Part shown: positions 47,731-56,910 of the stretch, piece after piece
Layout of the letters: each line of letters starts with the position of its first letter
Position numbering within the stretch: position 1 is the stretch's first letter
Assembly (NCBI RefSeq): GCF_041677825.1
Contig: NZ_JBAYPG010000007.1
Coordinates: forward strand, 21,814-85,813
Length of the DNA stretch: 64,000 bases
DNA from: Castellaniella sp.
GTDB lineage: Bacteria; Pseudomonadota; Gammaproteobacteria; Burkholderiales; Burkholderiaceae_B
Reading direction: 5' to 3'
The notes under the pieces: generated by a model
What the model was told of the DNA's origin: nothing
Seen by the model: only the letters and a program-made list of their open reading frames with translations
The model's database searches: none
Made by a program: the position numbers and the translations under genes

Positions 47731-48645
47731 TCAGGCGCTTGCCGGGGGCGTGGATTGCGGGGGGAAAACATCCTGCAGCACCCCGAGGAAATTTTTCACC
47801 ATGGCGGATTCATTCTCGGGAGACCAGGCCGCAGAAATGCCGATCGAAGCCATGGCCGGCACGTCGGACAAGGCCTTCCAGACCAGACTTTCGCGTTCGG
47901 GCTCGCGGCTGATCGACGGCACCAGCGCAACCCCCATGCCCGCTTCGACCAGGCTGATCAACGTGGCCACCTGGGCGGCCTCCTGGGCCACCCTGGGCGT
48001 GTAGCCATGCACTTCACAGGCCAGTAAGGCGGCCATGCGCAAGCCCGCTGCATCTTCGGTATAAAAGACGAAGTCTTCGTCCACCAGATCAGCCATGCTC
48101 AGCCGGGACAGCCCGGCCAGCCGATGGCGGGCAGGCACGACCAGCAGAAAGTTCTCGCGCTGCAGGGAATACATCTTCAGCACGGCACTGGACTGCACCG
48201 GGATGCGCAAGATACCCACATCGAGATCTGCGCCCTGCAATGCGTCGACGATCTGCAGGGAACGGGACTCTTTCAGAATCAACCGCACGCCGGGAAACTG
48301 GGCGCGAAACCTGGGCAGGATCGCCGGCAGTATCCCGTGGGTGGCCGAGCCCACGAAGCCCACCCGCAGTTCGCCCCGTTCGCCCTTCGAGGCCGCACGC
48401 GCAGCATGCATGAATTCTGCGGCATGAAACAGCGCCCTGCGTGCCTCATCGAGCGCCGCCAGCCCGCTCTGGGTGAGCCTGACGCCTTCCCTGGAGCGAT
48501 CGAACAGCGTGACGCCCAGCTCGGATTCGAGCTTGCGAATGGAGACCGACAGCGGCGGCTGCGACATATGCAGACGCTCGGCTGCCTTGCGGAAATTGAG
48601 TGTCTCGGCCAGCACGACGAACTGGCGCAAATGCCGGAAATCCAT
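47731..48645 (-). CDS. LysR-family transcriptional regulator
   Basis: N-terminal HTH (MDFRHLRQFVVLAETLNFRKAAERLHMSQPPLSVSIRKLE) plus a LysR substrate-binding domain. Confidence 0.9.
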   Translation of the reverse strand: MDFRHLRQFVVLAETLNFRKAAERLHMSQPPLSVSIRKLESELGVTLFDRSREGVRLTQSGLAALDEARRALFHAAEFMHAARAASKGERGELRVGFVGSATHGILPAILPRFRAQFPGVRLILKESRSLQIVDALQGADLDVGILRIPVQSSAVLKMYSLQRENFLLVVPARHRLAGLSRLSMADLVDEDFVFYTEDAAGLRMAALLACEVHGYTPRVAQEAAQVATLISLVEAGMGVALVPSISREPERESLVWKALSDVPAMASIGISAAWSPENESAMVKNFLGVLQDVFPPQSTPPASA

Positions 48646-48697
48646 GGTGCACCTCGATGGAAACCTGAAGAAAGCGCGCAGGCCCCTGACAACGATT

Positions 48698-48744
48698 GAA
48701 AATCGGCACAGGACGCCGTTCGAATGAACGCCCCCTGTGCCGAT
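48698..48744 (-). terminator. Probable rho-independent terminator downstream of the aldehyde dehydrogenase gene
   Basis: An 11-bp perfect stem (ATCGGCACAGG / CCTGTGCCGAT, 48702-48712 and 48734-48744) encloses a loop that can itself pair. On the minus strand it is followed by TTTTC. Confidence 0.5.
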
Positions 48745-48815
48745 GTACGCCCATGCCGGGCGGGCAACGATCCGGCCTGCAAGGGCCGGACGAATTGCAT
48801 CGCGCTGGATGCCGG

Positions 48816-50264
48816 TCAGACCCCGACGACAGACACCGCCTTGGTGTTCAGATACGCTTCGAGGGCTTCGGGCCCGCCTTCGGTGCCGTAACCGGAATCC
48901 TTGATGCCACCGAACGGCAATTCGGCCGAAGGTGACGCTGGCTGATTGATCCAGATCATGCCGGCTTCGACATCGTGCATGATCTGCTGCACGTTCTGGA
49001 ACGACCGTGTGAAGGCGTAGGCCGACAACCCGAAGGACAGGCGATTGGCCTCGGCAATGGCATCATCCAGCGTCTTGAAGCTGCGAATGCCGGCCACTGG
49101 CCCGAATGGCTCGTTGTTGAAAATGCTGGAATCAAGCGCGGGCTCGAGAATGATGGTGGGGGCAAAGAAGTTGCCGGCCTCGCCCACGCGCTCGCCACCG
49201 GTGAGGATCTTGGCCCCGCCCTTGCGTGCGTCTTCGACGACATCGAGCATGGCCGTGACACGCCGCGGGTTGGCAAGCGGCCCCATGGCCGTGCCTTCGG
49301 CCAGGCCATCGCCCAGTTTCAGGCTTTCGGCGTGCGCCACCATGGCCTTGGAGAAGGCGTCGACCTGGCTTTCATGCACCAGGAAGCGCGTGGGCGAAAT
49401 GCACACCTGCCCTGCATTGCGGAATTTCGCCCCGGCAGTGATCTTGACCGCCAGTTCGATATCGGCATCTTCGGCCACGATGACCGGCGCGTGGCCGCCC
49501 AGTTCCATGGAGACACGCTTCATGTGGCTGCCCGCCATGGCTGCGAGCTGCTTGCCGACCGCCGTGGACCCGGTGAATGTCACCTTGCGGATGATGGGGT
49601 TCGGGATCAGGTAGCTCGAGATTTCGGCCGGTGAGCCATAGACCAGGCCGATCACGCCGGCTGGAATGCCGGCATCGACGAAGGCCTGCATGAGGGCGGC
49701 GGGCGCGGCCGGGGTTTCTTCGGCCGCCTTGCAGAGGAACGAGCAGCCGGTGGCCAGCGCCGCACCGATCTTGCGCACCACCTGATTGATGGGAAAGTTC
49801 CAGGGGGTAAAGGCCGCCACTGGCCCGACCGGCTCTTTGAGCGCCATTTGCAGGGCCGATACATTGCGTGCCGGTATGATGCGGCCATAGACGCGCAGGC
49901 CTTCATCGGCAAACCATTCGATCTGTGCGGCGCCGCCCAGGGTTTCGAGGCGGGCTTCCATGAACGGCTTGCCCTGTTCCATGGTGAGCAGGCAGGCGAT
50001 ATGGTCGGCGCGTTCGCGAATCAGTGCCGCGGCACCACGCATGATGGCGGCACGATCGTGCGCGGCCATCTTGCGCCAGATGTCGAAGCCTTTCTGTGCG
50101 GCTTCCAGGGCTTCGTCGAGATCGGCCGTGCTGGCGCGCGCCACCTTGCCGATGACTTCGCCGGTGGCCGGGTTGAAGACATCGAGGGTCTTGCCGCCAG
50201 CGGCATCGCGCCACTGGTTGTTGATGAGGAGTTGGGTATTCGGGTACTTCGGGATGGATGTCAT
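48816..50264 (-). CDS. NAD(P)-dependent aldehyde dehydrogenase (succinate-semialdehyde dehydrogenase-like)
   Basis: ORF trimmed to the Met at 50264, with a GGAAGGAAA SD sequence. ALDH motifs are present ([16 protein letters not shown], and a catalytic Cys context GQVCISPTR). Confidence 0.85.
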   Translation of the reverse strand: MTSIPKYPNTQLLINNQWRDAAGGKTLDVFNPATGEVIGKVARASTADLDEALEAAQKGFDIWRKMAAHDRAAIMRGAAALIRERADHIACLLTMEQGKPFMEARLETLGGAAQIEWFADEGLRVYGRIIPARNVSALQMALKEPVGPVAAFTPWNFPINQVVRKIGAALATGCSFLCKAAEETPAAPAALMQAFVDAGIPAGVIGLVYGSPAEISSYLIPNPIIRKVTFTGSTAVGKQLAAMAGSHMKRVSMELGGHAPVIVAEDADIELAVKITAGAKFRNAGQVCISPTRFLVHESQVDAFSKAMVAHAESLKLGDGLAEGTAMGPLANPRRVTAMLDVVEDARKGGAKILTGGERVGEAGNFFAPTIILEPALDSSIFNNEPFGPVAGIRSFKTLDDAIAEANRLSFGLSAYAFTRSFQNVQQIMHDVEAGMIWINQPASPSAELPFGGIKDSGYGTEGGPEALEAYLNTKAVSVVGV

Positions 50265-50361
50265 GGTCTGTATTTCCTTCCGTTTCAATCGGGGCCATTG
50301 CCCGCATCAGGATTACTATAGCGAATTTGCAAGCGGCGCGTGGGGATCGTTTGGCCCGCGC

Positions 50362-51651
50362 TTATCCGGCCCCGCCGGAACGCTGCCATTGCCGGACGGC
50401 TTTTTCGAATCTGTCGAGTGTCAGCTGTACATCGTCTTGCGTATGGGCGCACGACACATACCAGGTACCGCGGGTGGTGGTCCAGATGCCATTGAACGCC
50501 AGATATGCCCTGAACGCCTCATAGCCGGCATTGTCCAGTTGCGCCACATCAGCGTAGTTCTTCATGACACCCGGCGCCCCGAAACCGGTATGAAACAGCG
50601 GCCCCAGGCCCTGCGAGCGCCACGGCAGGCCAAGCGCACCGGCCGCCTGGTCGAGCGCCCCCTGCAGTTCGAGCCCCAACTGCGTGACCCTGTCATAGGG
50701 CTGTGTCATGTCGAGGTATTCCTGTGCGGCAATGACTGCGGCACAGGCCATGATGGACCCATTGAAGGTGCCCGAATGATTGACCACGCCCGTGCCGAAT
50801 TCTTTCAGGATCTCCTGCGAGCCGGCCAATACGGCAACCGGCCAGCCACCCGCCACGGCCTTGCCGTAGGTGGCCAGGTCGGGCTTGACCCCGTAGCGCC
50901 CGTAGGCGCCCTGGCGATGGATGCGAAAGCCCGTGATGATTTCATCGAAAATCAGGACCACGCCATATTGATCACACAGGGCCCTGACGCCCTGCAGATA
51001 GCCTTCGACAGGCTCGATGGCGCCATTGTTGACCATCACCGGCTCCATGATGACTGCGGCGAACTCATTGGGGCGTTCGCGCAGGCATTGCTCGAGCGCA
51101 TCCAGATCGTTCCAGGGCAGCATCTCGGATTCTGTCAGGTGCTCTGGAACCTGCCCTTTCGACGCCGGCAGGGACTGGCCGTTTTTCGACAGTGACAGCA
51201 CATTGTCGAGCCAGCCATGGTAATGGCCCTCGAAGCGGATGAAGCGCGTGCGCCCGGTGACCGCGCGTGCAATTCGCAGCGCCGCCTGATCGACTTCGGT
51301 ACCCGTCATCCCGAAACGGACGACTTCGGGCCACTCGAGCGCCCGGAGCAGAATCTTTGCCGCATCCAGTTCGATGCTGGCCGTTGCCCCGAACACCATG
51401 CCGTCTTGCACCGCCGCGGCCACGGCGCGATTCACGTGCCGGTTGGCATGGCCCATGAAGGCCGGCCCCTGACCGAGTACATAATCGACATACATGTGAC
51501 CGTCGACATCCCAGAGATACGCGCCTTCGGCCTTGCGGAACACCACTTTGGGCGGTTTGAGCCGGATATTGGAGTTGACGGCACCCGGCACCACTTTTTG
51601 CATTTCGTGGTTGAAGGCGTGGGTGCCGCTCAACAGAGCCTCAGTATTCAT
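50362..51651 (-). CDS. Class-III (omega) aminotransferase
   Basis: 429-aa ORF with the pattern LIFDEIITGFR and a lysine context YGKAVAGG typical of the GSA-aminomutase / omega-transaminase family. Confidence 0.8.
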   Translation of the reverse strand: MNTEALLSGTHAFNHEMQKVVPGAVNSNIRLKPPKVVFRKAEGAYLWDVDGHMYVDYVLGQGPAFMGHANRHVNRAVAAAVQDGMVFGATASIELDAAKILLRALEWPEVVRFGMTGTEVDQAALRIARAVTGRTRFIRFEGHYHGWLDNVLSLSKNGQSLPASKGQVPEHLTESEMLPWNDLDALEQCLRERPNEFAAVIMEPVMVNNGAIEPVEGYLQGVRALCDQYGVVLIFDEIITGFRIHRQGAYGRYGVKPDLATYGKAVAGGWPVAVLAGSQEILKEFGTGVVNHSGTFNGSIMACAAVIAAQEYLDMTQPYDRVTQLGLELQGALDQAAGALGLPWRSQGLGPLFHTGFGAPGVMKNYADVAQLDNAGYEAFRAYLAFNGIWTTTRGTWYVSCAHTQDDVQLTLDRFEKAVRQWQRSGGAG

Positions 51652-51956
51652 TGCATATCCTTGTATAGATGATCATGCCGGGTGCCCTGCCGCAATACCA
51701 TGGTGGGCCGACGGATCACGCCGTCATCGGAATGCGGATATGGTACGACATTTGGCATGGTGTCGATCCCCGCTGCCGGAAAGGCACCCAGTGCGCGGCT
51801 GGCAGCCCGCCCGGTGCACCTTGACCCAGTGCGCGGCAAGCCTCGGCCTTCAGAGGGTGTCAACGCGGCCGCAAGAGGCCTGCGGCAAGAGGTCTACAAT
51901 GAACAACCAGGAGACCACCTGAAGCGCACGCGCCCATTATCCGAACCCATCACACC

Positions 51957-52961
51957 ATGCCGAATCCGAACGCCCCGGCCGCCCCCCTGTTACCTTCCCC
52001 GGATGATGTCATCGCAGCCGCAAGGCTGCTGTCGGCCCTGGTGCACCACACGCCCACCCTGACGTCGCGCAGCCTCGACGAAGAAACGGGCGCGCGGTTC
52101 TTCTTCAAGTGCGAAAACCTGCAACGCACGGGCGCCTTCAAATTCAGGGGTGCCTGCAATGCGGTGCACCATCTCACCCCCGGGCAGCGGGCCGCAGGCG
52201 TGATTACGTTTTCATCGGGCAACCACGCCCAGGCCATCGCCCTGGCCTGCAGCATGCAGGACATCCCGGCCACCATCGTCATGCCTTCCGATGCGCCCGC
52301 CGGAAAACTGCAGGCGACGCGGGGCTACGGGGCGCAGGTCGTCCTGTACGACCGCTATGCGGACGATCGTGAACACATCACCCGCGCGCTCATGGCGCAG
52401 CATGGCCAGACCTTCATTCCGCCCTATGATCATCCACATATCATAGCGGGCCAGGGCACCGCCGCTGCAGAGCTGTTTGGCGATGTGGGTCAGCTGGATG
52501 CGCTGTTCGTGCCCGTGGGCGGCGGTGGCCTGATCGCCGGTTCAGCACTGGCAACGCGGGCGCTGTCGGCTGGCTGCCGCGTATATGGGGCCGAACCGGC
52601 CACGGGCGATGACGCGCGCCGTTCCCTGCACACGGGCCAGATCGTGCACATCGAGCCGCCGCGTACCATCGCCGATGGTGCCCAGACCCAGCACGTGGGG
52701 CGCCATCCCTTCGCGATCATCCAGCGTGAAGTCACCGACATCCTTGCCGTCACCGATCAAGAATTGATCGATTGCATGCGTTTTTTTGCGCAGCGCATGA
52801 AACTGCTGGTCGAACCCACTGGCTGCCTGGGGCTGGCGGCCGCGCTGGGGATGCAGGGCGCCCTGCGTGGCCAGCGCATCGGCGTGATCATCAGCGGCGG
52901 CAATGTCGATCTCGAGCGATTCAGCGCCCTGGTCTCGCAGGGTACGCCGCTCAATGAATGA
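51957..52961 (+). CDS. PLP-dependent serine/threonine dehydratase-family protein (serine-racemase / hydroxyaspartate-dehydratase-like)
   Basis: PLP-lysine motif FFKCENLQRTGAFKFRGA, plus SSGNHAQA and a Gly-rich loop VPVGGGGLIAG. Confidence 0.85.
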   Translation: MPNPNAPAAPLLPSPDDVIAAARLLSALVHHTPTLTSRSLDEETGARFFFKCENLQRTGAFKFRGACNAVHHLTPGQRAAGVITFSSGNHAQAIALACSMQDIPATIVMPSDAPAGKLQATRGYGAQVVLYDRYADDREHITRALMAQHGQTFIPPYDHPHIIAGQGTAAAELFGDVGQLDALFVPVGGGGLIAGSALATRALSAGCRVYGAEPATGDDARRSLHTGQIVHIEPPRTIADGAQTQHVGRHPFAIIQREVTDILAVTDQELIDCMRFFAQRMKLLVEPTGCLGLAAALGMQGALRGQRIGVIISGGNVDLERFSALVSQGTPLNE

Positions 52962-54633
52962 CGGCTTCAGGGTGCGGCTGGTCGGGGATCTGCTGATCGG
53001 CATGACCCGACAGCGCCGCACTGAGGCTGTACAGGGGCTCGAATGATTCTGCCTGGGCCATGGGCCAGGCCGTGCGAAAGATCGTATTGCGAAACTTGCC
53101 TTCCAGAAGTTCACCCTTCTGCAGGTCGGGGTAGAGCGCCGACAGCACGCGGACTTCACCACTGGCCAGGCGCCGGGCAATATGGTGCGGGCGCAGATCG
53201 GATGGATGCTGCAACCCGGCCGCCCCCAGAAGTTCGCCCAGCGCTTTCAGCGTGTTGGCATGATAGTTGGCGACACGCACGGACTTGTCGGCAACCACCA
53301 GAGCCTTCTGGCGTTTCGGATCTTGCGTCGTGACCCCCGTGGGGCAGCGCCCCGTATGGCAGACCTGGGCCTGGATGCAGCCAATGGCAAACATGTAGGC
53401 CCGCGCGCTGTTGCACCAGTCGGCCCCGAGCGCCATGATGTAGGCCATGTCGAAGGCACTGATGACCTTGCCGGATGCGCCCAGGCGGATTTTGTCGCGC
53501 AGGCCCACGCCCACCAGGGTGTTGTGCACCAGACGCAGGCCTTCGCGCAATGGCGTACCGACATGATCGACAAACTCGATGGGTGCTGCTCCGGTTCCCC
53601 CTTCAGCGCCATCGACCACGATGAAATCCGGCGTGATGCCCGTGGCCAGCATCGCCTTGGCGATGGCAAACCATTCCCAGGGGTGGCCGATGCACAGTTT
53701 GAAACCCACTGGCTTGCCGCCGGAGAGTTCACGCAACTGGACGATGAAATGCATCAGGCCGATGGGTGAGTCGAACGCGCTGTGGCTGGATGGTGAAACG
53801 CAGTCCTGACCGACAGGGACCCCGCGGGCAGCAGCAATCTCGGGCGTGACCTTGGGTGCCGGCAACACGCCACCATGACCGGGCTTGGCACCCTGTGACA
53901 GCTTGATTTCGATCATGCAGATGTTGTCGCGCCGGGCCATCTCGGCAAACCGCTCGGGCGAGAAGCTGCCGTCCGGGTTGCGACAGCCAAAGTAGCCCGA
54001 GCCGATGTTCCAGATCAGGCGGCCACCCTGTTCGAGGTGATAGCGGCTGACCCCGCCCTCGCCCGTGTCGTGGGCAAAGTTGCCCAGCGCCGCCCCGCGG
54101 TTCAGGGCCCGCACTGCATTGGCCGAGAGTGCGCCAAAGCTCATCGCCGAGATGTTGAAGACGGACAGTTCGACCGGCCGGGTGCAGTCCGGCCCACCGA
54201 CGGTGATGCGGAAATCCGTATCGGCGATATGCGTGGGCACCATGGCGTGGTTGATCCACTGATAGCGCTTGTCGTAGACATCACCCTGGGTACCGAAAGG
54301 GCGCTGGTCCATCTGCTGCTTGGCCCGCTGGTAGACCAGTGAACGATCCACCCGGGAGAACGGCATCTTCAGGGTGTCATCCTCGAAAAAATATTGCCGT
54401 ATCTCGGGGCGCACGTATTCGAACAGGAAACGCATGTTGCCAATGACCGGGTAATTGCGGCGGATGGCGTGATGCGTCTGGGTCAGATCATAGAGGCCCA
54501 GAATGGTGAGCGCCAGAAATACGATCCCGGGCAACCACCAGGCCGCGCCAAAGACCAGCGCCAGAACGGCACAGAGCAGGGTCAGGCCGATGACGGCATA
54601 GAACGTCGTGTAGCGTGCGAGCAATCGGGGCAT
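52951..54633 (-). CDS. FMN-binding glutamate synthase-family protein (GltB domain-2-like) with N-terminal TM segments
   Basis: ORF trimmed to the Met at 54633 (MPRLLARYTTFYAVIGL). Family-typical motifs are present (KLSQGAKPGHGGVLP, VVDGAEGGTGAAP, CHTGRCPTGVTTQ). Confidence 0.85.
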   Translation of the reverse strand: MPRLLARYTTFYAVIGLTLLCAVLALVFGAAWWLPGIVFLALTILGLYDLTQTHHAIRRNYPVIGNMRFLFEYVRPEIRQYFFEDDTLKMPFSRVDRSLVYQRAKQQMDQRPFGTQGDVYDKRYQWINHAMVPTHIADTDFRITVGGPDCTRPVELSVFNISAMSFGALSANAVRALNRGAALGNFAHDTGEGGVSRYHLEQGGRLIWNIGSGYFGCRNPDGSFSPERFAEMARRDNICMIEIKLSQGAKPGHGGVLPAPKVTPEIAAARGVPVGQDCVSPSSHSAFDSPIGLMHFIVQLRELSGGKPVGFKLCIGHPWEWFAIAKAMLATGITPDFIVVDGAEGGTGAAPIEFVDHVGTPLREGLRLVHNTLVGVGLRDKIRLGASGKVISAFDMAYIMALGADWCNSARAYMFAIGCIQAQVCHTGRCPTGVTTQDPKRQKALVVADKSVRVANYHANTLKALGELLGAAGLQHPSDLRPHHIARRLASGEVRVLSALYPDLQKGELLEGKFRNTIFRTAWPMAQAESFEPLYSLSAALSGHADQQIPDQPHPEAVIH

Positions 54634-54730
54634 GGATGTCTCTGTCTGCGAGATGGACAAGACCATACCTTACTATGATGGCGTCTGCTCTTCTGCCATT
54701 TTATGTGCATCCAGCGCTCATACGGATATG

Positions 54731-54789
54731 AAAACCCGCACAAACCCGATGCCATACGGGTTTCTGGTGCTTTTCGGGCCGTTTTGGAG
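54731..54789. repeat. Direct repeat copy A of the hairpin-plus-tail module (left flank of the RhuM-Doc gene)
   Basis: 59 bp, 53/59 identical by hand count to copy B (55952-56010). It contains an AACCCG...CGGGTT hairpin followed by the tail GGTGCTTTTCGGGCCGTTTTGGAG. Confidence 0.85.
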
Positions 54790-54951
54790 ATATCCGAACG
54801 GGTGTCTGATACAGCAGGCCTGACCAGGACACAAGCATCACACGCCGCCTGCCTGGTGCAGGAAAGGTACGTTATAACAGACGGGCCTGGTACTGAAACC
54901 ACCCCAACCGCACATTCCACGTAAATTCACCGCAGCCCAACCGGAGCGCCC

Positions 54952-55941
54952 ATGAACGACGAGCAGCAGTTGATCATCTTTGAAGGCGAAGCCGGTCAGG
55001 TTGAAGTACGGCTGGGGGGTGAGACCGTCTGGCTTAGCCTTCAGCAAATTGCGGAGCTATTCAGCAGGGACAAATCAGTGATTTCCCGCCACCTGAGAAA
55101 CATCTTCGCCACCGACGAATTGACCCGGGAGACAACCGTTGCAAAAAATGCAACGGTTCAACTCGAAGGAGGCCGGGAAGTCATCCGAAAAATCGAATAC
55201 TACAACCTCGACGCCATTATCTCCGTAGGCTACCGCGTCAATTCGAGCCGTGCCACCCGCTTCCGCCAATGGGCCACGCAAACTTTGCGCGAGCACCTGA
55301 CGCAAGGCTACACCCTGAACCGCCAGCGCCTTGAACAGAATGCCGCCGAGCTGGAAGCTGCTCTGACCCTGATAAAGAAAGCCGCAGCCGGTGATGCCCT
55401 GACCACCGACCAAGGGCGCGGCCTGGTGGACGTCATCGCCCGATATACCCATACCTTTCTATGGCTGCAGCGCTACGATGAAGGCCTGCTGACCCAGCCG
55501 CCCGGCAGCCCCGGTGGGGCGCTTCCGTCCACTGACGAAGCCCGCAGTGGCATTGCCCGACTGAAGGCCGACCTGATGGCTCGAGACGAAGCCACGGCCC
55601 TGTTCGGCAACGAACGCGAAGGCGGCTTGAGCGCCATTCTGGGCAACCTGGACCAAACCGTGTTCGGCGAGCCCGCCTACCCCACGGCAGAATCCAAGGC
55701 CGCCCATCTCCTGTACTTCATCATCAAGAACCATCCATTTTCAGATGGCAACAAGCGCATCGGCTCTTATCTGTTTGTGGATTTCCTGGCTCGCAACGGG
55801 CGCTTACAACGCAATGGCGAAGCAATAATCAACGATGTGGGCTTGGCAGCACTGGCCTTGCTGGTGGCTGAATCCGACCCGAAAGCCAAAGACGTGATGA
55901 TTCGGCTGATCGAAAACATGCTGGCACCCAGCCAGCCCTGA
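54952..55941 (+). CDS. RhuM-family N-domain fused to a Fic/Doc-family domain
   Basis: 329-aa ORF. The N-terminal pattern is RhuM-like (YYNLDAIISVGYRVNSSRATRFRQWAT). The C-terminal core motif HPFSDGNKRIG fits HxFx(D/E)GNxR with the Doc-type Lys. Confidence 0.8.
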   Translation: MNDEQQLIIFEGEAGQVEVRLGGETVWLSLQQIAELFSRDKSVISRHLRNIFATDELTRETTVAKNATVQLEGGREVIRKIEYYNLDAIISVGYRVNSSRATRFRQWATQTLREHLTQGYTLNRQRLEQNAAELEAALTLIKKAAAGDALTTDQGRGLVDVIARYTHTFLWLQRYDEGLLTQPPGSPGGALPSTDEARSGIARLKADLMARDEATALFGNEREGGLSAILGNLDQTVFGEPAYPTAESKAAHLLYFIIKNHPFSDGNKRIGSYLFVDFLARNGRLQRNGEAIINDVGLAALALLVAESDPKAKDVMIRLIENMLAPSQP

Positions 55942-55950
55942 GCGACAACA

Positions 55951-56015
55951 AAAAACCCGCACAAGCCTGATGCCATGCGGGTTTCGGGTGCTTTTCGGGC
56001 TGTTCTGGAGCAGCC
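55951..56015. repeat. Direct repeat copy B of the hairpin-plus-tail module (relic tRNA terminator, may also terminate the RhuM-Doc gene)
   Basis: Contains the hairpin AACCCGCA-N14-TGCGGGTT (55954-55983) with an A/T tract on the minus-strand 3' side. Similar to copy A and copy C. Confidence 0.8.
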
Positions 56016-56028
56016 CGATCTCAATCTG

Positions 56029-56054
56029 TGGTGCCGTCGGCGAGACTCGAATTC
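56029..56054 (-). repeat. Duplicated 3' end of tRNA-Leu (att-type direct repeat, distal island boundary)
   Basis: TGGTGCCGTCGGCGAGACTCGAATTC matches 58512-58537 at 24/26 positions by hand count. Confidence 0.8.
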
Positions 56055-56094
56055 TTAGCATTCATGCGGGTCTTGAAAGACCCAGGCCGATGAA

Positions 56095-56123
56095 ATACCC
56101 AAACAGATACCCAAAACGGCGGG
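56095..56123. repeat. Tandem ATACCCAAA motifs (candidate integrase arm-type sites, left arm)
   Basis: ATACCCAAACAGATACCCAAAACGGCGGG is 26/29 identical to 58369-58397 in the same orientation. Confidence 0.45.
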
Positions 56124-56338
56124 CTTGGCACTTGTGGGGCTAAATAGTCCCACCGTATACCCGCGCCTGGGCACACTACGGTACAAGTAAAAAAACAAGC
56201 ACTTCAAGGCACCGCAACAACCGAGGATTTCTCGGTTGTTCACCAGGCGCTTGCCCGCCATGGGCCATGGAGCTTCCACGCCCCTTTGAAGGAGGATAAA
56301 GTATGATTAAGTATGAATATCCACCAAGGTACAGCAGA

Positions 56339-56620
56339 ATGTCCACCATTGAACGCCTGACCGTGACCATGCCTGCCGAAATGGCAGCCACACTCAAAAG
56401 CGCCGTCGATGCGGGTGAATACGCATCCACCAGCGAAGTCATCCGTGAAGCCCTACGCGATTGGTCTTTCAAACGCCAACTGATGCTGGATGAATTGGCA
56501 GCACTCAAACAGGACATCGACAAGGGACTTGCTGATGTCGCCGCCGGTCGCATCCGTGAATTCAATGCACAGCACATCGCTGAGCGGGGGAGAAAGCTAT
56601 TAGCCGCACGCTCCTCCTGA
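56339..56620 (+). CDS. parD: ParD-family (RHH, PF03693-like) antitoxin
   Basis: ORF 56303..56620 trimmed to the ATG at 56339 (MSTIERLTVTMPAEMAATLKSAVDAGEYASTSEVIREALRDW), a typical ParD N-terminus. Confidence 0.8.
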   Translation: MSTIERLTVTMPAEMAATLKSAVDAGEYASTSEVIREALRDWSFKRQLMLDELAALKQDIDKGLADVAAGRIREFNAQHIAERGRKLLAARSS

Positions 56621-56910
56621 CCGACAACGCGGAAGCCGATCTAGCGGAAATCTGGTCGTATGTCGCAGAGGACTCCAGCGAAGCCACGGCAAACCGCCTG
56701 ATTGCCACGCTATACACCACCTGCGAAAAAATATTGCCGTTTCCCGAGAGCCAGCCTGCACGGCCTCTCATTGCACCCGGCCTGCGTGTGACCTTTCATG
56801 GATCGTACGCGATCTACTATACGCATAGCCCTGCAGCCGTCACCATCATCCGCGTCCTTCATGGAGCGCGTGACATTGGGCGAGTCATCGCCGATGGCGG
56901 ATTTCACTAG
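56599..56910 (+). CDS. parE: ParE-family toxin with no canonical start codon (possible ATT start, or inactivated)
   Basis: Hand translation gives ...SRTLLLTDNAEADLAEIWSYVAEDSSEATANRLIATLYTTCEKILPFPESQPARPLIAPGLRVTFHGSYAIYYTHSPAAVTIIRVLHGARDIGRVIADGGFH*. The frame has no ATG, GTG or TTG before codon 46. A GGGGGAG SD sequence lies 6 nt upstream of the ATT at 56599. The stop TAG (56908-56910) lies inside the IS junction CTAG. Confidence 0.65.
   Translation: MSRTLLLTDNAEADLAEIWSYVAEDSSEATANRLIATLYTTCEKILPFPESQPARPLIAPGLRVTFHGSYAIYYTHSPAAVTIIRVLHGARDIGRVIADGGFH

Noticed and set aside
56055-56577. Minus-strand ORFs 56055..56279 (74 aa) and 56176..56577 (133 aa) in the islet
   Set aside because: I recognised no motifs. 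The second overlaps the well-supported parD on the opposite strand, and the first has no SD sequence or start context. Both are treated as non-coding.
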